A stretch of DNA of 64,000 nt from an uncultured Planctomycetota bacterium (GTDB lineage: Bacteria; Planctomycetota; Planctomycetia; Isosphaerales; Isosphaeraceae): the NCBI GenBank assembly GCA_963845755.1, contig CAWJTV010000013.1, positions 32,001-96,000 of the forward strand, given 5' to 3'. Positions 1 through 10,247 of the stretch are shown piece after piece. The translations under genes were made by a program, and so were the position numbers. The number at the start of each line of letters is the position of its first letter. Position 1 is the first letter of the stretch. The notes under the pieces were generated by a model, which saw only the letters and a program-made list of their open reading frames with translations, was not told the origin of the DNA and searched no databases.

Positions 1-497
1 CACAGACGTGGGACACGCTCTGGGCCGACCTCAAGACCGACTCCACGAAGTTCGTGCGAACAAAGCCCCAGGACGTCGAGACGCTCGCCGCGATCCCCAT
101 CTTCGCCCGGTCGGAGGGCGCCGACGCGACCTCTCGATCTGTCAGCCTCGTGGTCTTCGCCGACTCCAAAGATCCCCAGCTGTTCGTCCCCAAGCAAGGG
201 CAGCAGAGGTCACCGGCCCTGACGGAAATCTTCCGCGCCGCGAAGGGCTTCGTCAGGAGTTGTGAATATCTGGTCCAAAGGAACGTCGTTCGGCTGCCGG
301 GGAGTCCCTTCCTCGGGGTAGAGGCTACGGACCTCAAGACGGCACGTCGGACGCTCAAGAAATTCGGTCCGCAGGCTCGCGACGCCACCAGGTGGATCGA
401 GGGCTATGGCGACGGGGTTTTTTCTCGATACTGCTTGCACTGGGATTGCATCTACGTTTCGACCAGTTCCTCCGCGGGGCGGACGTCCCGGGAGTAA
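1..497 (+). CDS. 3' part of a hypothetical protein (frame open from window start)
   Basis: Frame of ORF 54..497 is open back to base 3 (QTWDTLWADLKTDSTKFVRTK...). No family recognised. Convergent with the HIT-like gene. Confidence 0.55.
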   Translation, partial: QTWDTLWADLKTDSTKFVRTKPQDVETLAAIPIFARSEGADATSRSVSLVVFADSKDPQLFVPKQGQQRSPALTEIFRAAKGFVRSCEYLVQRNVVRLPGSPFLGVEATDLKTARRTLKKFGPQARDATRWIEGYGDGVFSRYCLHWDCIYVSTSSSAGRTSRE

Positions 498-506
498 CCG
501 GCGCCG

Positions 507-1135
507 CTACGGCCGCAGGTCGTCCAGCGTCGCCATCATGATGTTCGACCGACGGCCTGGCCCTCCAGTCCCAGGATTCCGGGACCCCGAGCAGCTCCGC
601 TGTCCTCCTCGCAGGGCCTGCGACGGGATGGGGTCGTCCGAGTAGGCCACCCAGTATCGCCCCTCGGCGTCGCCGACGAGGAGGTACTCGCGGTCGGCCT
701 CGACGAACGGGGACGGGGCGGGCCGCCAGTCGTAGCCGTTGACCAACAGGGCCTCCGGTCCTGCCGGCGCCGGCAGGAGGTGCCAGTGGGCGTGGGTGAC
801 CGAGCAGGGGCGACCGTCGCTCCCCTCGGCTCGCCCCGTGCTCGAACAGCAGCACCGCCCGGCCGTACGCCAGGACGAGCCGGTCACGGAGCGTCGCGAG
901 CAGCCCGGCTGCCGACGCCGAGCCCGACGCGGCCATCGACGAGCGATGCACCCTCGGCACGACGAGACAGTGCCCTCGGGCGAGCGGGCCGGCGCTCACG
1001 ACGGCCGCGAATTCATCGTCACTTGCGACGAAGCGATCGCCCCGGGACGCTCCCGTAAGACGGGGCCAGAGTCGCCAGGCCTCGGGGGCCTCCCGCCAAC
1101 TCGTCGCAGATCTCGCAAATCTCGGCCGTGGCCAT
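507..1135 (-). CDS. HIT-like / CwfJ-type nucleotide hydrolase (frameshifted)
   Basis: Joined frames read MATAEICEICDE...SAGPLARGHCLVVPRVH...LFEHG...CSVTHAHWHLLP...WDWR: N-terminal CxxC, GHxLVVP and HxHxH triad. Confidence 0.75.
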
Positions 1136-1184
1136 GTCCGATCGCTCCGGAATCGCTGGGCGAGGGATTAAGGGTCAAGGGAGG

Positions 1185-1961
1185 TCACCCGGCGAAGGCC
1201 GACCGCGCGGCGACGTAGACGTTCACTAGCGGCAGCGAGCGGGGGTCAACCTCCAGGTGCTCGGCCGCAATCGCCACGTGGTGTGAGGGCGAGGAGCCGG
1301 GTGCCGCTTCGAGCGAGAACGACCGCGCGTACACTCCACCTCAAATCCCGAACCGGCTATCATCCGGGCCTGCTCCCCGACCTCCCGTGTGATCGACGGG
1401 GCGGTCACCGGCTTTCGGCGGTCGATGAGGAAGGTCGTCTCGCCCACGGGCGTCCCGAGCCGCCGGCGAAGCGCCCTCGGCCCACCGGTGGTTGGGGAGC
1501 GTGAAGACCAGAATGCCGCCGGGGGCGAGGATCAGGGCCGCCCGGCGGAAGAATTCCGGATGATTGTACGCGTCGCCCAGGAACCCGAAGATGCCGGACA
1601 CCGAGCCGTCCCGGAAATGGGGGTGGAACGCGTCCATCTCTTCGCAGTCCGCACTCCGGCTAGGGCCCCCCGCCTGGCCAACTCGAGCATCGCCCCGCTG
1701 ATGTCAGTCAGGACCGTCTCGGCCGAGGGCCGGTATCCGCCCCAGCCGGCCGGCCCCACAGCCGACCTCGACGAGGAGGCCCCTCGCGGGGGCCTGGCGG
1801 CCGAAGAGGTCGCCGAGGCGGTCATGGATCTCGGCGAAGTTGGCACAGGTCGGGTGCCGCTCCGGGTCGTAATACTCTGGCGCGACCTCGCAGTAGGCCT
1901 TGAGGCTCCGCCGGGCGAGGGAGGCCGTGGCTTCTTCGGTGGCAGGGTTCGATATGATCAT
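1185..1961 (-). CDS. Class I SAM-dependent methyltransferase (frameshifted)
   Basis: Motif I LVEVGCGAG, motif II LTDISGAML, MDAF, and LAPGGILVF, spread over ORFs 1704..1961, 1532..1846, 1341..1637 and 1226..1447. Confidence 0.8.
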
Positions 1962-2288
1962 CGCGCGGGCGTCCCGATCTGCCGGGCGTTTTGAGCGTTG
2001 TGCCGATCAGCCCCATCCAGTCTAGCAGCCCTCCCCCCCGGCGTCGAGATGGTGGGCTTCCTGCCAGCAATTCCGCAACTCGGGGGGTCTTGAGCAACCG
2101 AGACGGTCCCCCGGGCTCAGTTTCGTAGGTTTTCCGGTTTTCCGGCTTGCAGAGGATGGGAGGGAAGCACTTTCTCGACGTGCTGGGCGCGGACTTGGGG
2201 TCGGGGACAGAGTCTCCTCGGGACCGCCGCCACGGGCATCGTGGCGGGGTCAGGTCGCGGGGCATGCCGGTCCGATCTTCAGCGTATC

Positions 2289-3527
2289 TCAGGGAGCCCG
2301 GACCAACCGACCCGACCAGGGCGCTCGGCAGCCCACCAAGCCTCGATCCAAGGCCCGCGCCAACGCGATCAGCGTCAAGGTCGCGCGCAGCGCCGGCTTG
2401 AGGTTCCTCAGCCAGAAGCTTTGCATCAAGGCATACACCACGAACGACGTCAGCAGGAAATTGACGATCGCCTGAGCCGCGTGCTTGAAGCAGTGGTTCA
2501 AACCCCAATGCGTTGCCAGCGTGTTGAAGCAATCGTTCTCGATGTCCCAGCGGGCATGGCCAAACCGCCACAGCCCGCGCGTCGAGAGCTGGGACTTCGT
2601 CAGCGTCGTCGCCCACGACCAAGTCGTCGTCTCGTCCGTCTCCTGCCACTGGCCGGCGATCCGCTCTCGCTTCCGCACGGTCTCCTCGGTGCGCAAGAAC
2701 CGCAGCGGTTGCTTGACGCCTTCGCACGAGGTGAACCCGTCCTCGTCCCAAAACTGCACGGTGCGCCTCGCTTTCTCATCGACCCAACCACCGGGCTGCT
2801 GATGGGCAAACAACCCCGCCGCGTCCTGCACCAGCAGTCGATTCTCTCCCTTGGCCGTGACGATGACATGCTTCTGATGATCCCGGCAGAAGTTGATGAA
2901 CGGCGCGTCGAAGTACAAGGCGTCGCCGGCCACCACATCGAAGAAGCGAGGATATTGGGTGAACACCCGTTCGAGGAGTCGCTTGGCGGCGGTCTCTTCC
3001 CCCTCGCCGGGCCGGAGCAATTCGACATCCAAGACCAGCGCCAGATCTTGACCGATCAGATGGCAGACCGCCCCCTGATGATAGTATTCCGTCACCTTTT
3101 CCCCATCGACGGTGAGGGTCCGGGTCTGGCAGTCCGGGCAACACCGCTTCCGGCTCGAGAAGAACTCATGGCCGTCCACCGCCGCGACGTACCAGCCCTC
3201 GTGGCTGGTCAACGCCTTGTTCCGCTTGAGTCGGTGGGCGATGTCGCCGACCATGTCCCGCAGGGGTTGGCTGTCCATCAGCGCATAGATGCGGCCGAGG
3301 GAGTCAACGCTGGGGACCTTCGCCCCCACGATGCCGCGCAGCCGGGCGGGGATGCGCAGGTCCGGCTCGAGGTCATTGAGACTGCGGCGGCGGGTGGCGA
3401 AGAGCGTAAAGGCACTGGCGAAGGCCGCGGCGGTGGGGATGCGAGGCCGGAGCCGAGAGTCGGTCAGGGTGAAGAATCGCTCTCCCAACCCGAAGACCTT
3501 CTCGACATAGGCACAGAATCGTGCCAT
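2289..3527 (-). CDS. DDE transposase (IS4/ISAs1-like fold)
   Basis: AAVDGHE, VVAGDALY and GHARWDIENDCFN motifs. ATG overlaps the upstream TGA. Confidence 0.9.
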   Translation of the reverse strand: MARFCAYVEKVFGLGERFFTLTDSRLRPRIPTAAAFASAFTLFATRRRSLNDLEPDLRIPARLRGIVGAKVPSVDSLGRIYALMDSQPLRDMVGDIAHRLKRNKALTSHEGWYVAAVDGHEFFSSRKRCCPDCQTRTLTVDGEKVTEYYHQGAVCHLIGQDLALVLDVELLRPGEGEETAAKRLLERVFTQYPRFFDVVAGDALYFDAPFINFCRDHQKHVIVTAKGENRLLVQDAAGLFAHQQPGGWVDEKARRTVQFWDEDGFTSCEGVKQPLRFLRTEETVRKRERIAGQWQETDETTTWSWATTLTKSQLSTRGLWRFGHARWDIENDCFNTLATHWGLNHCFKHAAQAIVNFLLTSFVVYALMQSFWLRNLKPALRATLTLIALARALDRGLVGCRAPWSGRLVRAP

Positions 3528-3901
3528 CACGGTGAAGCGGCCTCCGCTCCCGAGGGCCCCTGGCGTCGCGCCAGGGACTGTTTCTGCTGCACGAGGTCCT
3601 GGAGGTTGTGCTGGGAGATCTCCTCGAGCAGTCGTTTGACCCGGCGCCCGGCCTGGACCGCTTGGCGGACCGGGTCGTGGAGGGCCTTGGGGATATAGGT
3701 GCCGATCTGCTTGCCCTCCGAGCGGGTGTAGAGATAGAGAGCCGGATGCTTTTGGCCACGCTGGCACCGGCAATACGGCTTACCACAAGAGCGATACCGA
3801 AGCACGAGCGAGCCGCGGAGAAACGGTTCGTTGGCGAGGATTTGAGCGGCGCGGGAGCGTGCCTGGCGTTCCGGGCTGGAACGTTGAGTCCGTGAAGTCA
3901 T
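3527..3901 (-). CDS. DUF6788-like Cys/His-rich IS accessory protein
   Basis: RGSLVLRYRSCGKPYCRCQRGQKHPALYL pattern, translationally coupled to the transposase. Confidence 0.8.
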   Translation of the reverse strand: MTSRTQRSSPERQARSRAAQILANEPFLRGSLVLRYRSCGKPYCRCQRGQKHPALYLYTRSEGKQIGTYIPKALHDPVRQAVQAGRRVKRLLEEISQHNLQDLVQQKQSLARRQGPSGAEAASP

Positions 3902-4357
3902 CGAGGTCTCCTGTTCTGGGCGAGGAATTATACGCCAGTACAGGTGGCCCAGGTCAAGGGCGCCAGCGAGTGCGAATTTGCTCGGCCGCGCCCGGAGAGC
4001 GATAACCGGAAGACGGATCGGAAGTTATCCCTCCGCAAAAAACTCAATTGCGGAATCGCTGGCTTCCTGCCTGGTGTCGCCGAGTCGCCGAAATCCCGCT
4101 GCAGGTTGCCTCCGAGTCGAATACTGTTCGCTGTCGTGTGCCGATGACTCGCGATCCTGCGGTGCTGGTGAGAGGAGATGACGACTGCTGGGCCCTGGAC
4201 GGGCTAGGACTGCCCGAGAGTCTGCGTGCTTCGGTCGGATCGACCGAAGCCATCAACTCCGCTCGGGGACACCGAGACGAGGGAACCGACGGGTGGCAGA
4301 AGTCTCTTGGCCGATCACTCCGCCAAGGCCGACCAGAGCCGAATTACAAAAATACGT

Positions 4358-7308
4358 TCATTTCAGCGAATGAAGATATTCGATCAAGTCGGCCGCTTCC
4401 TGGGCGGTCAGGTCGGCCAACTGTCCGTCGGGCATCAACGAGACCCGCGACGGCCGGAGCTCCTCCACATCCTTGGCCGCGAGGATGCTCTCCTGGCCCT
4501 TGCTGTCCCGCAACACCACCCCTTTCTCGTCCCGCTTGACCAGCAGGCCTGTCAGCGAACGGCCGTCGGCCGTCGCGGCGACATAAGTGGCGTACTTCGG
4601 CTCGATCCGGCGCGACGGCTCCAGGAGGCTCTCCAGCAGATCCTCCCGAGAACGGAGCTTCCCGATCGTCGATAGCTCCGGCCCGACCGACGTGCCCCGG
4701 TCGCCGATCCGGTGGCAACTGCCGCACTGGTTCGGCTGCGACCAGAACAGCCTCTCCCCCCGGCGGGGGTCACCGTCGAGGGCGAGGACGGCCCTGGGCC
4801 GCGGGTTCGAGCCAAGTTTCGACCCCTTCCGCCCGTCCGATGGCAGATAGCCCTCGAACAGGTCGCGGATCGGGCCGGTCGGGAGCCGGCCGGCGGCGGC
4901 CAGTCAGCGCGGCTCGCTCGGCGGGGTCCAGCTCGCCGCGGCCGAGCCTCCGCGCCAGCCTCAACGCCGACTTCGGGCGGGCCAACAAAGGGCCGGGCGG
5001 CCCGCTGTCCGGGTCCCGTTCCGATCTCTTCGGACTCCGGTCCATTCCGGCGATCCATCGACCGATGATGTCCAGGCCCGTTTCGTCCGGTCGCTCGGAG
5101 CCGAGGTGCGGCATCCGATCGCGGCCGAACTTCGCCATGCGGTAGTAAAGCGTGCTCGCTCCGGGATCGCCCGGCTTGATGATCTCGGCATCCGGCAGCG
5201 CGAAGTCGCCGCGGGCCGGTCGGACGCCAATGGCCTTCAACTCGTCGTTCGCGATCGCGAATCGAAGCTGGAGATCAACCGACCCACCCCCTCCATAGAC
5301 ATGGCAATGCGCGCAGTTGGTATGGAGGTAGGACCGGGCCCGAGCTTCGAGAGGCTGGCTGACATCGGCCGGGTCGGCGAGCCGACGCTCCCGGGCGACC
5401 GAGCGGGCGTCGAACGGCGGGAGCGTGTTCCCATCCTTCTCGGCCCGGCGAATGAGGCCCGCTTCCGTGAGGACGACGAGCTGATTGCGCCCGTCGGGCC
5501 CCGAGCGATTCAACTGCTCCGGGCGGAACGCCAGGGCGAACTCCGACCAGGTGCTGTGACACGACATGCACTGGCTGCGGCTGTGGAACGACCAGACGCG
5601 ATTCCGCTCCCCGTCGTGGACCTCCTTCTCGGCGCCATCGGCCGGGACCAGGTCGGCATCGGCCTGGTCGTCGCGCCAGGCATACGTGTAGGCGTACCAG
5701 TCCACGCCATCGTAATGCAGCAGTTGCGTCTCCAGCCGGCGGCCGGCCAGGGAGAGGGACTTCACCAGGACCGCGTCCTTGGGGAACTGCATCCGGAAGC
5801 CATGCCAGTTGACCATGCCGGGGATCCGCCTGGCCTCGGTGTAGAGCGCGGCGGACGACTCACCTGGGAAGGCGACCCAATGCTCGGCCGTCGCGCCGTC
5901 CTGCCATTGGCGGCAGTTGACCGCGAACGGGAGCACACCGCCCATCGGTGTCTGGTTCTTGACGTCGGCGAACAGGCCGGTCTGCGAGAGCCGGGTCGGG
6001 AAGGCGACGTTTCCCGCCTTCGCGTCATTGCGCTCGATGGTGTGGATCGTCCCGCCCTCATGGTCCAGGAAGTAAATCTCCCCGTCCTGGTTGTCGCAAA
6101 AGGCAACGATCCGGACCGATGGCCGCGCGAGCTCGGGCATCTCCGTGGTGCGGTCGCCGTCGAAGCGGGCGGCCCACAGGCGCCGGGTTTCCCAGTCGCC
6201 GAAGACGTAGGCGCCGCGCAGCTCGGGGAATTTCTTGCCGTGATAGACGAGCCCGCCGGTGACGCTACAGGCGATCGTGTGCGGGAGCTCGATCAGCGGC
6301 GGATGGATCGGCGTTGGCGCGATTTGGTCCGACTTGACGGGCTGCGGCCCTTCCCGCACAGACCAGCCGTAATTGCCGGCCTTCTCGACCCGATAGACCA
6401 TTTCCCACAACTCCCAGCCGACGTCGCCCACGAACAACGTCGCCGGTCTGGCGATCGAAGCTCATTCGCCAGGGATTGCGGAAGCCGTAGGCCCAGACTT
6501 CCGGCCGGGCTCCCTTCATGGCGACGAACGGGTTGTCCTTGGGGACGGCGTAGGACTTCCCCTCGTCCTTGTGGTCCACGTCGATCCGGAGGATGGACGA
6601 GAGCAGGTCGGAGATGTCCTGCCCCGTGTTGAACGGGTCGGGCGGGTTCGGGTTCCCCGCATCGCCGGTGGAGATGTAAAGCATACCGTCGGGGCCGAAG
6701 TGGAGATCCCCGCCGTTGTGACCACCTTGCAGGAAGGAGATGACGACTTCCTCGCTCGACGGGTCGATCCGCGGCGGGTCCGTCCGGGTGACCTGGAACC
6801 GCGACACGCGCGTGCCGTCCGTCAGGTGCGGTTGGCGGGGATTCGAGCCGCGCAGGGTATAGCAGACGAAGCATTGGCGGTTCTGCTCGAAGTCCGGGTG
6901 GAAGGCCAACCCGTACACGGACTCAACCTCCTTCGCCCCCGCGAGCCGGTGAACCGTCTGGAGTTGCCGGGGCAAGTCCAGGAAAAGGTCGGGCCGAGCT
7001 TGGGGGTCGTCGGCGAAGGAATAGAGGACGCCCGACTGCTCGCCGACGATCAGACGCTTCCCTCCGGGATAGCGGGCGATGAGCAGGGGATGGTCGAACT
7101 TCAGATTCGGGAACGCACGAACGACCTTGAAGGGCGGCGGCGGGTCGGGAGTGCCCGCGACGCGGGAGGCCGTCCAGGGCGTCCGGCCCGACCGGGTCGC
7201 CTCGGCCTTCCCGGGCTTCCTTCCCTCGTCCGCGGCCGAGCCTTGCCGGGTCCCGAAGGCCGCCGCGAACAGGATCGCCAGGATCGTCGGGCACAGGCTA
7301 CCTGCCAT
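4358..7308 (-). CDS. PQQ-dependent glucose/sorbosone dehydrogenase-like protein with c-type heme domains (frameshifted)
   Basis: Signal peptide, HNGGDLHFGPDGMLYISTGD and GFRNPWRMSFD, followed by CMSCH, CAHCH and C-terminal CGSCH..GPELS heme-binding motifs. Two frame changes near 6437 and 4900. Confidence 0.85.
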
Positions 7309-7664
7309 GGCGAGCGGATGACAGCATGAACTTCACTCCAAGACCGGGACCGAGCGGGCGAGTTGACTCGAGAGGGGCATTATACTCGGTCTCTTTCCCA
7401 AACGCTCGGAATTTACCCATGTTGAACGTCTGGTAATGGCACCTATGCTTCTCTCGGTATGGGTACTTTGGCGTAGAAAGAGCCCTCGGTGTCGTCGGAC
7501 CGACGCAGGTTGGGATCGTTTGATTCGTCGGCCATCGACCATCAGAATTGTGGTACCGCTTGACCATAGGACGCATGTACGACGATGATCTACAGGCAGC
7601 TCTTGAACCGCGGCGAACTAGGAGTTCGCAGCCGTCGATAAACCAGTATGGGCACAATGCGAGC

Positions 7665-8127
7665 ATGAGATTCAACCTGATAGACGTGCTCTTCCTATGG
7701 GCTTGCCTATCGCTCGGTATGGTGGTCGGGGGGTTACTGTCTTCCTATCTATTTGGGTACTTTCGCCCGGTTGCAGGGCTATTGGCGGCGCTGAAGCATG
7801 TACCTTGCCTTAGTTTACCCGGTCTACAGAGGATTGAAGCTCTACCCGATGGTTCTTCCTCGGTGCCCGTGTTGCGGGAGGTTTCAGGACGGATTTCACT
7901 TCCACGACGATGGCTGGCCTCGTGTCTGCTTTCGATGTCCCACGTGCGATGGTGAGTTTGTCGTCTGGCACAACGGCAAGCCCAGCGATCGGGAGAGATG
8001 GGAGAAGCCGGTTCTTGTCCTGAAATGGCCCTATGCATTTGGCATATACAAGCGAGCAAAGAAACCCCAACCAGCCGCTACACCGAGTACGGGCTCCGCT
8101 GACGCACCGCCGGCATCAGCGAGCTAA
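7665..8127 (+). CDS. Small membrane protein with CxxC zinc-ribbon (frameshifted), lower GC
   Basis: Two hydrophobic helices followed by CPCC...CPTC, from joining ORFs 7548..7955 and 7798..8127. Confidence 0.55.
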
Positions 8128-8821
8128 CGTTCGGCCCACTGGATTTATCAAGGCGTCGGCTTTCTTGTATGTGTCGAATGTGACCGGTTTCTCGGTGTCA
8201 CGACGGGCTAACGAGTGCGCGTCGGTGTAATCGACCGAAGCCACTTCGGATCAATCGGCTTCGGTGGTGTCGGACCGATGTGCGAGAAGCCGTCGTCACG
8301 TCGAGCCCCTCGTTCACCAGAATAGCGATGGGCGGTCCTTGGCGGTTCAGATCACCCGTTGCCTCTCCATGCCGGTCCATCTCTTGAGCGATCGATCACC
8401 GTCGGCGAGAAGCCGCCATCCCGGAGGGTCTGGGACTCGTGTCGAGGACCTCAAGGCAGGGCGAATGGCGAGATCTCCGTCGCAGACGTCGGTCCTGAGA
8501 AGTATTGATATTTATTAAAATAAATATGATGGTTCAGAGTTTGGGAAAGCATCGGATGCGAGATTCCGAATTTCAAATCCAATAATCCCAAATTTCTGAT
8601 GCACTGGGATTAACATCAATTCGGAATCTTGAATTTGTGCGGGCGGAGACGGTCAGACCGCTTTCCTTCACTCAGATCCCTTTCCTTCACCATGTCTTTC
8701 GGTAGGCGGTAGGCGATGGGTCGAGCGAGATGCTAGCATAAAGTGAAATCCTTGACGATTCTCGTAGCTCAAACGACGACCCTCATCGTCGGGAGTCGCT
8801 CGGGACCTGGGGAGAAGAGAG

Positions 8822-9265
8822 ATGGCCATAGCACGAACGGCCGATAGTGGGTTTGATGCCGCCGTCGTGGACAGTGAGAACCAGGTCGTCGCCCTCGTCG
8901 AGGTGAAGATGCACCCCGTAGAGAGATGGGCGACCATCCTTCCCAGGCAACTGGCGAAAGTGGCGGATCGCGTCGCTTTTGTCATGACGATCGATCCGAA
9001 ACGGATTCAGTTATACAGCACAGGGGAAGAGAGCCTCGAGGAGCCGATTGTCCAACTCGACACCGGCCAGGTCCTCCAGCATTACGACCCGGACTTCCCC
9101 GGAAAGCGCGTGTTTGAGTCCTACCTGCTGACGCTCGTCGAGGCCTGGCTCCGTGACCTGGCGTACCACTGGAAGTCCGAGAAACCGCCGGGCTCCGAGG
9201 AACTAGCAAGGGCAGGCCTGCTCGAAAAGCTCGAAGGCGGCACAACGCTGCGTTTCGGAGCCTGA
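8822..9265 (+). CDS. Hypothetical protein with PD-(D/E)XK-like motif
   Basis: FDAAVVDSENQVVALVEVK motif. Purine-rich RBS upstream. Confidence 0.65.
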   Translation: MAIARTADSGFDAAVVDSENQVVALVEVKMHPVERWATILPRQLAKVADRVAFVMTIDPKRIQLYSTGEESLEEPIVQLDTGQVLQHYDPDFPGKRVFESYLLTLVEAWLRDLAYHWKSEKPPGSEELARAGLLEKLEGGTTLRFGA

Positions 9266-9266
9266 C

Positions 9267-9876
9267 GTGGACGTCATCGTATACGTCGAGACCAACTTTC
9301 TGATGAGTGTCGCCATGGGACGTGAAGGGAGGGGGGACGACCTCTTCGCCGCCGCCTCTGCGTCCGTGCGCGTCGTGATCCCGGCCGGCTCCTATATGGA
9401 GTCGTTCTCGGCTTTTGAAGACGAGCAGAAACGCCGAAGCTGGTTCCGGGCCGAACTCGAAAAGCAGATCGTGCAATTACGGCGAGACACGACCTCTGCG
9501 AACGCAGCCACCTTACTCCGGCGGCTCGAGGAAAGCCGAATTGCCAACGATGAGTTATTGAATGATGTGCAAGCTCGGCTGTTTCGGTTCGTAGACCGGG
9601 CCGCGGGTATTCTGGAACCCATCCCCCAAACGCCCGCCATCATCCAGCAGCGCGGTGACCGCGATGCTCATCCCTGATCCTACCGATAACCTGATCCTCC
9701 ACGCGATCCTCGACCACGCTGGCTGCTTCCCTGGCGCGACGAAAGCGTTACTGACTGACAACACCAGAGATTTTGACACCGACGACGTCCAGGCTGCTCT
9801 TGCCGCTACTGGCATCAACAGACCCTTTCGATCCGTCACGAACGTTCTGGGTTGGCTGGGATCACTTCCTCATTGA
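9267..9876 (+). CDS. PIN-domain protein (frameshifted near 9650)
   Basis: VYVETNFL N-terminus, then PTDNLILHAIL and LLTDNTRDF acidic motifs. Confidence 0.8.
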
Positions 9877-10247
9877 TGTCTCCCACGGTCAGCCACCGCG
9901 ACAAGGGCAACGCTGACTCTGTCCTGACCCTCTCGAAGTTCTCGGTCCCCCGAGTGGAACGGTTTTCGTTGGCCATGGGCTTCGGTTGCGGACGCCAGCG
10001 GCCGTCACTCCTTTCGTTCCGGTTTCGAGGCCGGCTGCGCTTCGCGGCCAGCGGGCCTGGCGTTCGCGTTGTTCTTGCGGCGGGCCTCCAGTAGTTCAGG
10101 CTCCCACTGGAACCTCGGGCCCTTGCCGGGTTCATAGCCCGCAAGTTGACCGTCGGTGAGGTCCGTTCGCTTGTCAGGCCACAGGCACTCCCGCACGCGG
10201 AGTGCGCGGTCACGGAGGGGCCGGCCAGTCCGGGTACCGGCGACCTC

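Larger units (their letters stand above)
2065..4061 (-). mobile_element. Complete insertion sequence (two ORFs: DUF6788-like plus DDE transposase)
   Basis: TIRs cagcaattccgcaa (2065-2078) and ttgcggaatcgctg (4048-4061), one mismatch. The 9-bp direct repeat gcttcctgc flanks both sides (2056-2064, 4062-4070). Confidence 0.92.

Noticed and set aside
2241..3698. Long plus-strand ORF (485 aa) and similar long antisense ORFs across the window
   Set aside because: Shadow ORFs opposite recognisable genes, expected in high-GC DNA.
10005..10196. 63-aa ORF downstream of the sulfatase
   Set aside because: Looks like a gene fragment at best, with no family recognised and no clear start.
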